Origin: Malacoraja senta
Taxonomy: Eukaryota
NCBI GenBank assembly: GCA_038087875.1
Contig: CM075991.1
Span: forward strand, 1,116,001-1,180,000
Length of the DNA: 64,000 nt
Direction: 5' to 3'
Shown: in pieces, positions 35,979 through 47,917 of the stretch
Position numbering within the stretch: the first letter of the stretch is position 1
Layout of the letters: every line of letters begins with the position of its first letter
Notes under the pieces: model-generated
What the model was told of the DNA's origin: nothing
The model's input: only the letters and a program-made list of their open reading frames with translations
The model's database searches: none
Made by a program: the position numbers and the translations under genes

Positions 35979-37595
35979 GTCAAGTCAAGTCAAGTTTATT
36001 CGTCACACACACATACCAGATGTGCAGTGAAATGAAAAGTGGCAATGCTCGCGGACATTGTGCAAAAAACAAACAAACAAGCAAACAAACTACAAACAGA
36101 ATGGAACAGAATCACATATTCTTTTACATATTAAATATTGTGGGCAGAAGGAAAAAGGGGAAAAAAACAGCAATTTTAAAAACCTAGTAGAATGGTACAG
36201 TAAAGTTAGTCCCTGGTGAGATAGGCGTTTACAATCCTAATGGCCTCTGGGAAGAAACTCCTTCTCAACCTCTCTGTTCTCGCAGCATGGCAACGGAGGC
36301 GTTTGCCTGACCGTAGCAGCTGGAACAGTCCGTTGCAGGGATGGAAGGGGTCTCCCATGATCTTATTGGCTCTGGAGGTGCACCTCCTGATGTATGGGCG
36401 AGTGAAGTTCCCATAGTGCGTTCGGCCGAACGCACTACTCTCTGCAGAGCCTTCTTGTCCTGGGCAGAGCAATTCCCAAACCAGATCGTGATATTTCCGG
36501 ACAAGATGCTTTCCACAGCCGCTGAGTAGAAGCACTGGAGGACCCTCAGAGACACTCTGAATTTCCTCAATTGCCTGAGGTGGTAAAGGCGCTGCGTTGC
36601 CTTACTCACGAGTGCTGCAGCTTGTGATGTCCATGTTATATCCTCAGAGATGTGGACTCCCAGGTATTTAAAACAGCTCATCCTAACCACAGTATCCCCA
36701 TTTATCCTCAATGGTGTGTACGTCCTCGGATGATGTGCCCTCCTAAGGTCCACGATGAGCTCCTTCGTTTTTTTGATGTTCAAGAGGAGGCTGTTGTCCT
36801 GACACCAGAGTGCCAGATCAGCCACCTCCTCCCAGTAAGCCTTCTCATCGTTGTCTGAGATCAGGCCCACCACCAGTGTCATCAGCAAACTTGATTATCG
36901 AGTTGGAGCTGAACCTAGCCACACAGTCATGTGTGTACAGGGAGTACAGTAGGGGGCTGAGGACGCAGCCCTGGGGGGATCCTGTGCTCAGGGTGAGGGA
37001 CTTCGATGTATTCCCTCCCATCTTGACTACCTGGGGCCTGGCGGTAAGAAAGTCCAGGGCCCAGGCACACAGGGGGGTGTTGAGCCCTAATTCCAGTAGC
37101 TTCTCGGCCAGTCTGGTGGAGACTATCGTGTTGAAGGCTGAACTGAAGTCTATGAACAGCATCCTCACGTAGCCCCCCTTCTGGCTGTCAAGAAGAGAAA
37201 GAGCGGTGTGCAAAACCTGGGAGACCGCATCGTCCGTGGATCTGTTCGGACGGTTTGCGAATTGTAACGGGTCCATGTTGCGAGGTAGGAAGGAGCAGAT
37301 GTGTTTCTTCACCAGCCTCTCAAAGCATTTCATGACTACCGAGTTGAGGGCCACCGGACGGTAGTCATTCAGACAGGCTGGGGAGGCATTTTTAGGTACC
37401 AGTACAATGATGGATTTTTTGAAGCAGGCAGGGACCACTGACTTGTCCAGGGAGAGGTTGAATATTGTAGTGAGCACCGGAGCTAGCTGCGTAGCACAGG
37501 ACTTAAGTACTCGCCCCGAGATGCCATCGGGGCCTGCAGCTTTCCTCGTGTTCACCCGTGTCAGAGCCCTCCTCACATCATGCTCAGTGAATAGA
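35979..37595 (-). mobile_element. Rex1/Babar LINE, 5'-truncated
   Basis: [45 protein letters not shown]; (CTTGA)n tail; few frameshifts. Confidence 0.93.
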
Positions 37596-37859
37596 GTAGT
37601 GGGCTGGGTGGGCATGTGGGTGTTCAGGCTGTGCAATGCAGCCCAAATATGTTGATTTCAAAGGGGTAAGTAGTCTCTTGGACAATGCCAGACTGAATCC
37701 ACAGAATGAGCGACTACTTCAGATCCTTTCCTTCTTTCCTCCTGTTCCTGAAAGGGTGACCTATTTTAGCCTACAGTTCTGTCACTCACTGTCTCCTCTT
37801 GAGTGCTATATACTTGTGCTAGACTTGGGTATTACTGTCGGTAGTACTGTCGCCACACG

Positions 37860-38075
37860 TAGATCAAAATGCAAAGTGATGGAGGACCTCAGCGAGTCAG
37901 GCAGCATCTGTGAAGGGAATAAATAGGGGATGTTTCGGATTGATGCCCTATTTACACTGAAGAAGGATTCTAGCTAAAACATCGCCTATCCATTTCCTCC
38001 AGAGATGCTGCCTGACCACTGAATTCTTCCAACACTTTATTTGTTATTTAAGATTCCAACATCTGCAGTTCCTTA
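37860..38075. mobile_element. Inverted pair of Penelope pLTR fragments
   Basis: GTCAGGCAGCATCT (left) mirrors AGATGCTGCCTGAC (right) around a degenerate CTGAAGAAGG...AAAACATC core. Confidence 0.65.
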
Positions 38076-38243
38076 TGTCACCATACTTAAATCGTCTGGA
38101 TTCCAATTCCCATTCCAGAGACTTAAGCACAAATATTTAATATGAAATTCCAAAGCACTCAGTGATGATAGAGTCTTTTAGGCAAGGCATTAAATTGACG
38201 ACTTTAGTCAGAAAGGGAGGGACGGAAGCAGGAAACTATGTTA

Positions 38244-38530
38244 AGGGCCTGTCCCACTGTACGAGCTAATTCAAGATTTCTCCCGAGTTTCCCCTGATTC
38301 GAACTCGGAGAATTACGGTCATAGCCGCTCGTAGGTACTCGGGGCGCTCGTGGACATTTTTCAACATGTTGAAAAAACTTCACGAGCTTTCCCGAGTACC
38401 TGCCGTTAGCGTTAAGAGCCGCTAAAGGACGTCCCGAGCTCCGACGTACCCGCTACGTACTTACCACGAGCTCGATTTTTTAAAAACTCGTGAGAGCTCT
38501 TGGGTAAACTCGTATAGTGCGACAGGCCCT
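38244..38530. mobile_element. PIF/Harbinger-type MITE (second subfamily)
   Basis: TIR AGGGCCTGTC(C/G)CACT(G/A)TACGAG; TTA at 38241-38243 and 38531-38533. Confidence 0.85.
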
Positions 38531-38647
38531 TTAGTTAACAATGTTTGTCAGAGAGAAGTTATTACTAACGATATTATAAGGAGGTACTTAGAAAAATTCA
38601 TGGCATTTAGGCGAAGTCAACATCGTATTGTGGAAGGAAATCCAGGG

Positions 38648-38935
38648 TGACACGATGGCACAGTGGTAGAGTTGCTGCCTTACAGTGCCAGAGACTCGGG
38701 TTCAATCCTGACTATGGGTGCTGTCTGTATGGAGTTTGTACGTTCTCCCTGTGACTATGTGGGGGTTTTCCGGTGCTCCAGTTTCCTCCCACATTCCAAA
38801 GACGTGCAGGTATGTAGGTTTATTGGCTTCTATAATTGTCCCTAGTGTGTGTAGGATAGAACTAGTGTATAGATGATCGCGGGTCGGCTTGGAGGTGAAG
38901 AGTCTGTTTCCACGCTGCATCTCTAAACTAAAAAT
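38648..38935 (+). mobile_element. HE1-like V-SINE
   Basis: TGGCACAGTGGTAGAG...GGTTCAATCC; tail TCTCTAAACTAAA; sits within an old CR1. Confidence 0.85.
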
Positions 38936-40659
38936 TAAAATTGTATTTGACAAATTGGAGTGCTTTGACAAATTAACATGTTCTGTGGATAAAGAGGAAT
39001 TGGTGAATGATTTGACATGGTACCACAAGAATGTTTGGTGTGGAAAGCAAAAGTTCATATTGCTAAGGAAACATATCAACGCAGTTGAAAGATTGTTTGG
39101 AAAATAATAAGCACAGTAGGCAATACAGGTCTTTATTTCTGGACGACAAGATGTTCCACATGTCGGGATCTCACAAATGTTTACAATCTATATGTAACTT
39201 AGATGAAGCCACACAAAATATGGTAGCTAGGTTTGCTGATGAGACAAGTTGGTTGAAAAGTAAATTGTGAAGTAGATATAAGGAGATTACAAAGGGATAT
39301 AGATAGGATAAGTAAGTGGGCGACCATCTAGTTAATGGAGTAGTAGGTACCAGCATCTGTAGTTCCTTGCATCATCATACTTACATAATTTAGGTTCCAG
39401 TCCCATTCTAGAAACTTGAGCACCAAAATTTAGGATGATACTCCAATGCATTCGATAATGTTGGTGTCTTCTGGGCGAGGCATTAAATTGAGGACTTTAT
39501 TCAGAAAGGGACGGAGAATGAAAGCTGGAAACTACAGGTTAGTTATTGTTGGTCAAAGGTACTTAGAAAAAATCAAGGTAATCAGGCAGAGACAACCTTG
39601 ACCTTCTAAAGAAGAGTCCCGACCTGAAATGGTGCCTATCCATGTCCTCCAGAGATGACCCACTGAGTGACAGTATTTCTTTTGAAAACCTGCACCTGCA
39701 GTTCCTTCTGTCTCCAGAATGCTATCACCTATTGCAAGCTGAATTGAATGCAAACATTAGGTCATGTTTCAGTTATATAGGGCATGAATGAGATCAGATT
39801 TGAGGTATTTGTCTCTGCTTAAGGAAGGATGATAATGTATTATTAAGTGTTTAGAAAAAGTTTATCAGATGAATTCCTGGAAGGTGTGACCCCCCCATTC
39901 GCATGAAAAAGGGTTGGGCTGGGTTTGTATCTTCTGCAGTTTATAACGGTGAGAGGTTATGTGATATATATGAAACATACAACTTCATGAGGGCTCTTGA
40001 CAGGTTGGATGTGGAGAGGATGAGAGATTATACCCTGACTCTGGAACTGTTGCACTACAATGCTAAGAACAATATTCTGAACTCTGTATCTTTTCCTTCC
40101 CTCTACCTATTGGAGTTGAGTTTGGCTTGATTGTATTTATGTACAGTATTATCTGATTTGATTGGATAGCATGCAAAACAAAGGTTTTCACTGTGTTTTG
40201 GTACGTGTGACAATAAGGCTAAACCTCGGTGGATTATTGATAAGCAAGCACATGAAAGACTACTACAGGGTGTTGCTGAGAATGTGGAGTTCAAGTTACA
40301 ATCAGAACAGCTATAATCTTATTAAATGGCAGAGCTGGCCGAGGAGACATAAGATAAGATTTATGAGGATGTGCCAGGACTTGAGGGCCTGAGCTCTAGG
40401 GAGAGGTTGGGCAGGCTAGGACTCTATTCCTTGGAGCACAGGAGGATGAGGGGAGATCTTAGAGAGGTGTATAAGATCACGATAGGATAGATGCACAGAG
40501 TATTTTACCCACAGTAGAGGAATCACGAACCAGAGGACATAGGTTCAAGGTGAAAGATTTAATAGGAATCTAAGGGGCAACTTAGAATTCATAGAATAAA
40601 CTGTCAGAGAAGGTAGATATGAGAACAACATTTAAAAGACATTTGCAAAGATACATGGA

Positions 40660-43600
40660 GAGGAAACTGGGAGCTGTCGGGGCAGACAACACTTCCAGTC
40701 CGAGCGGCGGACAGGTCGGTGGCTCCAACCCTAGCGATGAGACTCGACTGGCAAGACCGACGTCGGTCAGAGCTATAGTGGTGGATGACTCCATTGTCCG
40801 GGGGATCTGAATGTGTGGCTGGGGGGCTGGTGCAGTGAGCAAGGATTTAGATTTATAGACCACTGGGATCTCTTCTGGGGTAGGGGTGACCTGTACAAAA
40901 GGGACGGGTTACACCTTAACTGGAGGGGGACCAACGTTCTGGCAGGCAGGCTTGCTAGTGCTACACGTGTGGGAAACTAAATAGTGGGGGGGAGGGATTG
41001 ACAAATTGGGAGTATAAAGATGTAGTTAAAGGGGAAGTGAGTACAGAAAAAGTTACAAAAGACTCCCGAATTATTGGGAAGGAAAGTTCGAGAAGGGATA
41101 AGAGAGTAAGGCCAGGGCCAATAATGACCGGTGTGAAAGGGGAGGTGAATACCGAAGTTAAAGTGCTGTACATGAATGCGCGAAGTATAAGAAATAAAGT
41201 GGATGAGTTTGAGGCTCAGTTAGAAATTTGCAAGTATGATGTTGTGGGAATTACAGAGACATGGCTGCAAGACGACCAGGGCTGGGAACTGAACATTCAA
41301 GGGTATACGTCCTATCGAAAAGACAGGCAGGTGGGCAGAGGCAGTGGGGTAGCTCTGTTGGTGAGGAATGAAATTCAGTCCCTTGAGAGGGGGGACATAG
41401 AATCAGGAGATATGGAGTCAGTATGGATAGAACTGAGGAATTGTAAGGGTAAAAATACCCCAATGGGAGTTATCTACAGGCCCCCAAACAGAAGCCTGGA
41501 TATAGGGTGCAAGTTGAATCAAGAGTTAAAATTGGCATGTCGCAAAGGTAATGCTACGGTTATTATGGGCGATTTCAACATGCAGGTAGACTGGGAAAAT
41601 CAGGTTGGTACTGGACTCCAAGAAAGGGAGTTTGTGGAGTGCCTCCGTGATGCATTCTTAGAGCAGCTTTTACTGGAGACAACCAGGGAGAAGGCAATTC
41701 TGGATTTAGTGTTGTGTAATAAACCGGATTTGATAAGCAAACACGAGGTAAAGGAACCATTAGGAGGTAGTGACCATAATATGATAAGTTTAATCTACAA
41801 TTTGAGAGGGAGAAGCAAAAATCGGAAGTATCAGTATTACAGTTGAACAAAGGGGACTATGGAGCTATGAGGTAGGGACTGGCCAAAGTTGACTGGAAAG
41901 ATATTCTAGCAGGCATGACAGTGGAACAACAATGGCAGGTATTTCTGGAAATAATACAGAAGGTGCAGGATCAGTTCATTTCAAAGAGGAAGAAAGGTTC
42001 CAAGGGGAGTAAGGGGCGACCATGGCTGACAAGGGAAGTCAGGACAGTATAAAAATAAAAGAGAAGAAGTATAACATTGCAAAGATGAGCGGGAAGCCAG
42101 AGGATTGGGAAACTTTTAAAGAGCAACAGAAGATAACTAAAAAGGCAATAAGGGGAGAATAGATGAGGTACGAAGGTAAGCTAGCCAAGAATATAAAGGA
42201 GGATAGTAAAAGCTTCTTTAGGTATGTGAAGATGAAAAAATTAGTTAAGACCAATTTGGACCCTTGAAGACTGACACAGCTGAATTTATTATGGGGAACA
42301 AGGAAATGCCAGACGAGTTGAACAAGTACTTTGGATCCGTCTTCACTGAGGAAGACACAAACAATCTTCCTGATGTACTCGTGGCCAGAGGATCTTGGGT
42401 GACGGAGGAACTGAAGAAAATTCACATTAGGCAGGAAATGGTGTTGAGCAGACTGATGGGACTGAAGGCTGATAAATCCCCAGGGCCTGATGGTCTGCAT
42501 CCCAGGGTACTTAAGGAAGTAGCTCTAGAAATCGTGGACACATTGGTGATCATATTCCAATGTTCTATAGATTCAGGATCAGTCCCTGTAGATTGGAGGG
42601 TAGCTAATGTCATCCCACTTTTTAAGAAAGGTGGGAGAGAGAAAACAGGGAATTATAGACCAATTAGCCTGACAGCGGTGGTGGGGAAGATGCTGGAGTC
42701 AATTATAAAAGATGAGATAGCGGCACATTTGGATAGCATGGATTCAACGTGGATTTACGAAGGGGAAATCATGCTTAACTAATCTTCTGGAATTTTTTGA
42801 GGATGTAACAAGGAAAATGGACAAGGGAGAGCCAGTGGATGTAGTGTACCTGGACTTTTAGAAAGCATTTGATAAGGTCCCACATAGGAGATTAGTGGGC
42901 AAAATTAGGGCACATGGTATTGGGGATAGGGTACTGACATGGATAGAAAATTTGTTGGCTGACAGGAAACAAAGAGTAGGGATAAACGGGGCCCTTTCAG
43001 AATGGCAGGCAGTTACTGGTGGGGCACCGCAAGGCTCGGTGCTGGGACCGCAGCTATTTACAATAGACATCAATGACAGGATTAAAAGTAACATTAGGAA
43101 ATTTGCAGATCACATAAAGCTGGGTGGCAGTGTGAACTGTGAGGAGGATGCTATGAGGATGCAGGGTGACTTGGACAGGTTGGGTGAGTGAGCAGATGCA
43201 TGGCTGATGCAGTTTAATGTGGATAAATGTGAGGTTATTCACTTTGGTGGCAAAAACAGGAAGGCAGAATATTATCTGAATGGTGTCAAATTGGGAAAAG
43301 AGGAAGTACAACGAGATCTGGGGGCCCTTGTTCATCTGTCACTGAAAGTAAGCATGCAGGTATAGCAGGCAGTGAAGAAAGCGAATGGCATGTTAGCCTT
43401 CATAACAAGAGTAGTTGAGTAGAGGAGCAAAGAGGTCCTTCTGCAGTTGTACAGGGCCCTAGTGAGACCACACCTGGAGTATTGTATGTAGCTTTGGTCT
43501 CCAAATTTGAGGAAGGACATTCTTGCTATTGAGGGAGTGCAGCGTAGGTTCACGAGGTTAATTCCTGGGATGACAGGACTGTCATATGTTGATAGAATGG

Positions 43601-44010
43601 ACCGGCTGGCCTTGTATACTCTGGAATTTAGAAGGATGAGAGGGAATCTTATTGAAACATATAAGATTATTAAGGGTTTGGACACGCTAGAGGCAGGAAA
43701 CATGTTGCCGATGTTGGGGGAGTCCAGAACCAGGGGCCACAGATTAAGAATAAGGGGTAAGCCATTTAGAACGGAGATGAGGAAAAACTTTTTCACACAG
43801 AGGGTTATGAATCTGTGGAATTCTCTGGAGGCCAATTCTCTGGATGCTTTCAAGAGAGAGTTAGATAGAGCTCTTAAAGATGGCTGAGTCAGGGGATATG
43901 GCAAGAGGCAGGAACGGGACACTGATTGTGGATGATTAGCCATGATCATATTGAATGGCGGTGCTGGCTCGAAGGGCCAAGTGGCCTACTTCTACACCTA
44001 TTGTCTATTG
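40660..44010 (+). mobile_element. Near-full-length CR1 LINE pseudogene (ORF1 esterase remnant, APE, RT)
   Basis: RAIVVDDSIVRG and minus-free frame GDLYKRDGLHLNWRG (SGNH-like); YMNARS, ITETW, IYRPP, GDFN, SDH (APE); KSPGPDG, PQGSVLGP (RT); many stops; tail CTATTGTCTATTG. Confidence 0.93.
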
Positions 44011-44569
44011 AAAGGTTCAGAAGGATATGGGCCAAACGTGAGCAGGTGGGACTAGTGTAGATGGGGCAGCTCAACCTGGATCCCATATGATCTAACCATC
44101 GACACCAGCCTATGATGTGAGACCTTGCCAGAAGCCTTGCTAAAGTCCACGTTGACAATATTTACCGCTCTACCCATGTCAACTCTTTAAAAAGTTTAAT
44201 CAAATTCATGAGACACAATTTCACACTATGTGACTTTCCCCAATCAGTTCTTGACTTTGTAAATGCAGATAAATTTTATCCAGACCTCAAGACCGGCAAC
44301 TCCTCCTAATTTTGATATGTTTCATGACATCCCGAATACCCTAGATTCTATGACTTTCTCCACAGCAAATACAGATGAGAAGTATTCCTTTAAGATCTCA
44401 GCCATCCCCTTTGGGTCCACGCATAAATTACCACACTGATCCTTCAGGGGACCTATTCTCTGCCTAGTTACACTTTGCTTACTTCTGTTCCTAATATGTA
44501 TATTTCCATGCTAGCTCTCTCAAATAATGTAAAATATTCAATTGCATCATTTTGTAAAAAGCAAGACAG

Positions 44570-44752
44570 TTATCTCTAACATCTTGGCCTATATTTATTC
44601 CTCGACCAATTGCATTAAAATAAAATAGATCTTTAGCGTACATTTGGATATAGGTGACTACTGTGAGCAAAATTGGCCGCTGTGTCGCCCACAACAATGA
44701 CACCCACTGTATATTAATAGCAGCAGCTTGAGACTTTCAGACGTTATGAATA
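44570..44752 (+). mobile_element. Ancient DeuSINE (SacSINE1/AmnSINE-like) relic
   Basis: CTTGGCCTATATTTATTCCTC...CTGTGAGCAAAATTGGCCGCTGTGT resembles the Deu domain as I recall it; not aligned. Confidence 0.45.
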
Positions 44753-45017
44753 TCTTTTGTCGTTTTTTCTTTCAACATAATTTCTGAAAAGATAGGAGGT
44801 AAATAGGAAGATTAAATGAGAACTTACCAGTTTGAAGTTTGATCTTTATTTTATGAGAAGTTACGATGAGGGATTACGTGAAGAAGCCTGCCAGCCCGCA
44901 TTGCCTTCAAAGCAGCGGTGTGAAATCACAGGAAACAGTTGCTGACCTGATTATAGGAAGATTCGAGAACTAGAACTACCACATAATCTTTATGAGAAGA
45001 GGGTTGGGAGCGGAGGG

Positions 45018-45130
45018 CACGTAATCCCTCATCGTAACTTCTCATAAAATAAAGATCAAACTTCAAACTGGTAAGTTCTCATTTAATCTTCCTATTTTAC
45101 TTCGAAGTCATGTGAGTGACAATGTGAAGA
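45018..45130 (+). repeat. DIRS internal complementary region (ICR)
   Basis: 45018-45097 is an exact 80-bp inverted copy of 44801-44880; 45095-45130 is a near-exact inverted copy of 50422-50457. Confidence 0.95.
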
Positions 45131-45308
45131 CTTTAAAACTCTGTGATTTCATGCCGCGAACACGAGTCCATGCAACACACTGCATTAGTTGGCCAGAAAT
45201 GATTGAAAAGATAATGCATTCAGACATGACATAGCTTTAAAACATGCTGATGCTTTTAAAAAACAAATGATAATAATAATAGTGATCGCTTATAGCTGGG
45301 AAAGCAAA

Positions 45309-46230
45309 TTATTGAATAGAACTTGAAATTGGGTTGGTGAACGAACCCGGCCTGGCAATCAATTTATTATAAAAGGTTTGGAAAGTCCACTCATTCGACC
45401 ATCCTGCTGTCACTAGGATGCGGTCCAGTGGAACCTCCATGAACCTTGCTGCTGATGTTATTGCAGCCCTGGTGGAGTGAGATTTTAAAACATCAGTGTT
45501 CACTCCTGCACAAGCCAATACATATCTAAACCATCTGGAGATGGTCTGCACTGAAAACCTCTTGTGTGATTTTTGTGGCTAACGAACATTGCCTGCTCAG
45601 TGCCTCTAAGGTTCATTGTAGCCTTAAAATATTGATGAATATGTGTGACAACCCACAATCTATGGGCCATAGGATATGCCAGAAATTCCAGCTTTAGACC
45701 CAACGCCCCCGGTCTGCTTTGTTTAATTAGCTCATTTACATAGAACATTATTTTGTTGGAAGATATAACCATTCTGTACAGCCGTAGCTTATGCAACGAC
45801 TGGACGCATTGCGCTGAAACCAGCGCCATGAGCATAACTACCTTATATGAGAGCCGGGCCAAAGATAAGGATGTAGCTGGAGCCCACCGGCGAAGTAGTG
45901 TTAACACAATGTTAACATCCCATACCGTGTACCTGGGCCTGGGAGGATTTGTGTTAAAGATATCCTTCATAAATCTGGATATCAGAGGGTGAGACCCGAC
46001 AGAGTGGGTCCCGATCCCAGCAGCAAATATGATGACAAGGCACTTTTGGCACAGTTAATGGCACTATAACTTAATTTCCCGTCAAAGAACCATTTGAAAG
46101 GAACTCCAAGACGTCAGTTATCCGTGCCGTATTATATGTTATATTAGAATTTAAACAAAAACACTTCCCATCTCCTGATGTAGGAAATGTACTGCTTCTT
46201 GGTGCTATCCCTCCAAGCTGCAGTGATCAC
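45309..46230 (-). pseudogene. DIRS tyrosine recombinase, frameshifted
   Basis: PPRPRY..WDVNIVL, MALVSAQCVQSL (the usual catalytic Arg position reads Cys), HSTR box, GW...TF..FY; split over several frames. Confidence 0.9.
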
Positions 46231-47085
46231 GACCACGGTTCGGTCTGACAACCCGAGCCCCAGGAACGGTCTTCGCAGAGTCTACAAATCAATAAATTAA
46301 TTCTATCATGCAGTGGGTGGGCTTCCCGAGTCACGGGATGAACCAGCAAATTTTTGTGTTTAGAAACAACCATATAAGGTTCTATTATCATTCCCAACAT
46401 CAGCGGGAACCATGGCTGCGTAGGCCAGTCAGGCACTACCAAAATGCTTGAAGCGGAATCTTGCTGGATTTTTTGCAAGACCCGACTGACGAGGCAAAAT
46501 GGAGGAAAGGCATAAAAGAACATTCCTCCCCAGTGTAGCGAGAATGCATCTATCGCCACTGCCCCTGGGTCTGGCTCCCATGCAACAATTTTGGCAATTG
46601 GTGATTGAGCCTAGATGCAAACAAATCAATATTTGTTTGCATCTATACTGTTCCATACCGAGCAACAATGTCGTTAAATACTTTGTGATCCAACATCGAT
46701 TCTGTGTTTTCATTAAATTTGCGTGACCTGGTGTCCGCCACCATGTTGAACCTACTTGGCAACTAGGTAGCTGAAATCCAAATGCTTTTTTCCCCCCATA
46801 CACCAGTGCCAAATGAGGTTAGCTAAACTATCACAGAATACTGACTTGATTCCACCCATGTGATTAATATATGCCACCGCTGTAGTGTTATCAATTTGTG
46901 GTTGAACATGCAGATTATGCATATTCCCACAATAAGCCTTTAATCCATAGAATGCCCCCAGCAACTCCAGGTAGTTGATACCATCTTTGAGCACTAGCAT
47001 CAGTTTGTAATATAACTGAAGGTTTACTGACCAAAATGTTACTGGAGCAATGCTGAATATTGGTCGTCCACCATTGTAATTCTGA

Positions 47086-47917
47086 GGTACACAAAAATGC
47101 TGGAGAAACTCAGCGGGTGCAGCAGCATCTATGGAGCGAAGGAAATAGGCAACGTTTTGGGCCGAAACCCTTCTTCAGACTGATAGGGGGTGGGGAGAAG
47201 AAAGGAAAAAAGGAAAAGGCGGAGGAGGAGCCCGAGGGCTGGGGGAGGGGAGGAGACAACCAGATGGCTGATGAAGGGGAGGGGACAGCCAGGGCTAGCA
47301 GAATTGGGAGAATTCAATGTTCAGGCCACCAGGATGTAGACTGCCCAAGCGGAATATGAGGTGCATTTCCTCCAATTTACGGTGTTGCTCGCTGTGGCCA
47401 TGGAGGAGACCCAGGACAGAGAGGTCAGATACGGAATGGGAGGGGGAGTTGAAGTGCTGAGCCACCGGGAGTTCAGGTTGGTTATTGCGGACCGACCGGA
47501 GGTGTTCGGCGAAACGATCGCCAAGCCTCCGCTTGGTCTCACCGATGTAGATCAGCTGGCATCTAGAGCAGCGAATGCAATAGATGAGGTTGGAGGAGAT
47601 GCAGGTGAACCTCTGTCGCACCTGGAACGACTGCTTGGGTCCTTGAATGGAGTGGAGGGGGGAGGTGAAGGGACAAGTGTTGCATCTCTTGCGGTTGCAA
47701 GGGAAAGTACCAGGGGAGGGGGTGGTATGGGAGGGAAGGGAAGAATTGACAAGGGAGTTACGGAGGGAGCGGTCTTTGCGGAAGGCAGACATGGGGGGAG
47801 ATGGGAAGATGTGGCGAGTGGTGGGGTCACGTTGGAGGTGGCGAAACTGACGGAGGATCACTTGTTGTATGTGACGGCTGGTGGGGTGAAAGGTGAGGAC
47901 TAGGGGGACTCTAGTTC
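47086..47917 (-). mobile_element. Young 5'-truncated Penelope-like (Neptune-type) insertion inside DIRS copy B
   Basis: Stop-free 188-aa frame with CNRKRCNTC linker and LIYCIRC...IYIGETKR; 11-bp TSD TGTAATTCTGA (47075-47085 and 47918-47928); copy A has the empty site near 822-832. Confidence 0.95.
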
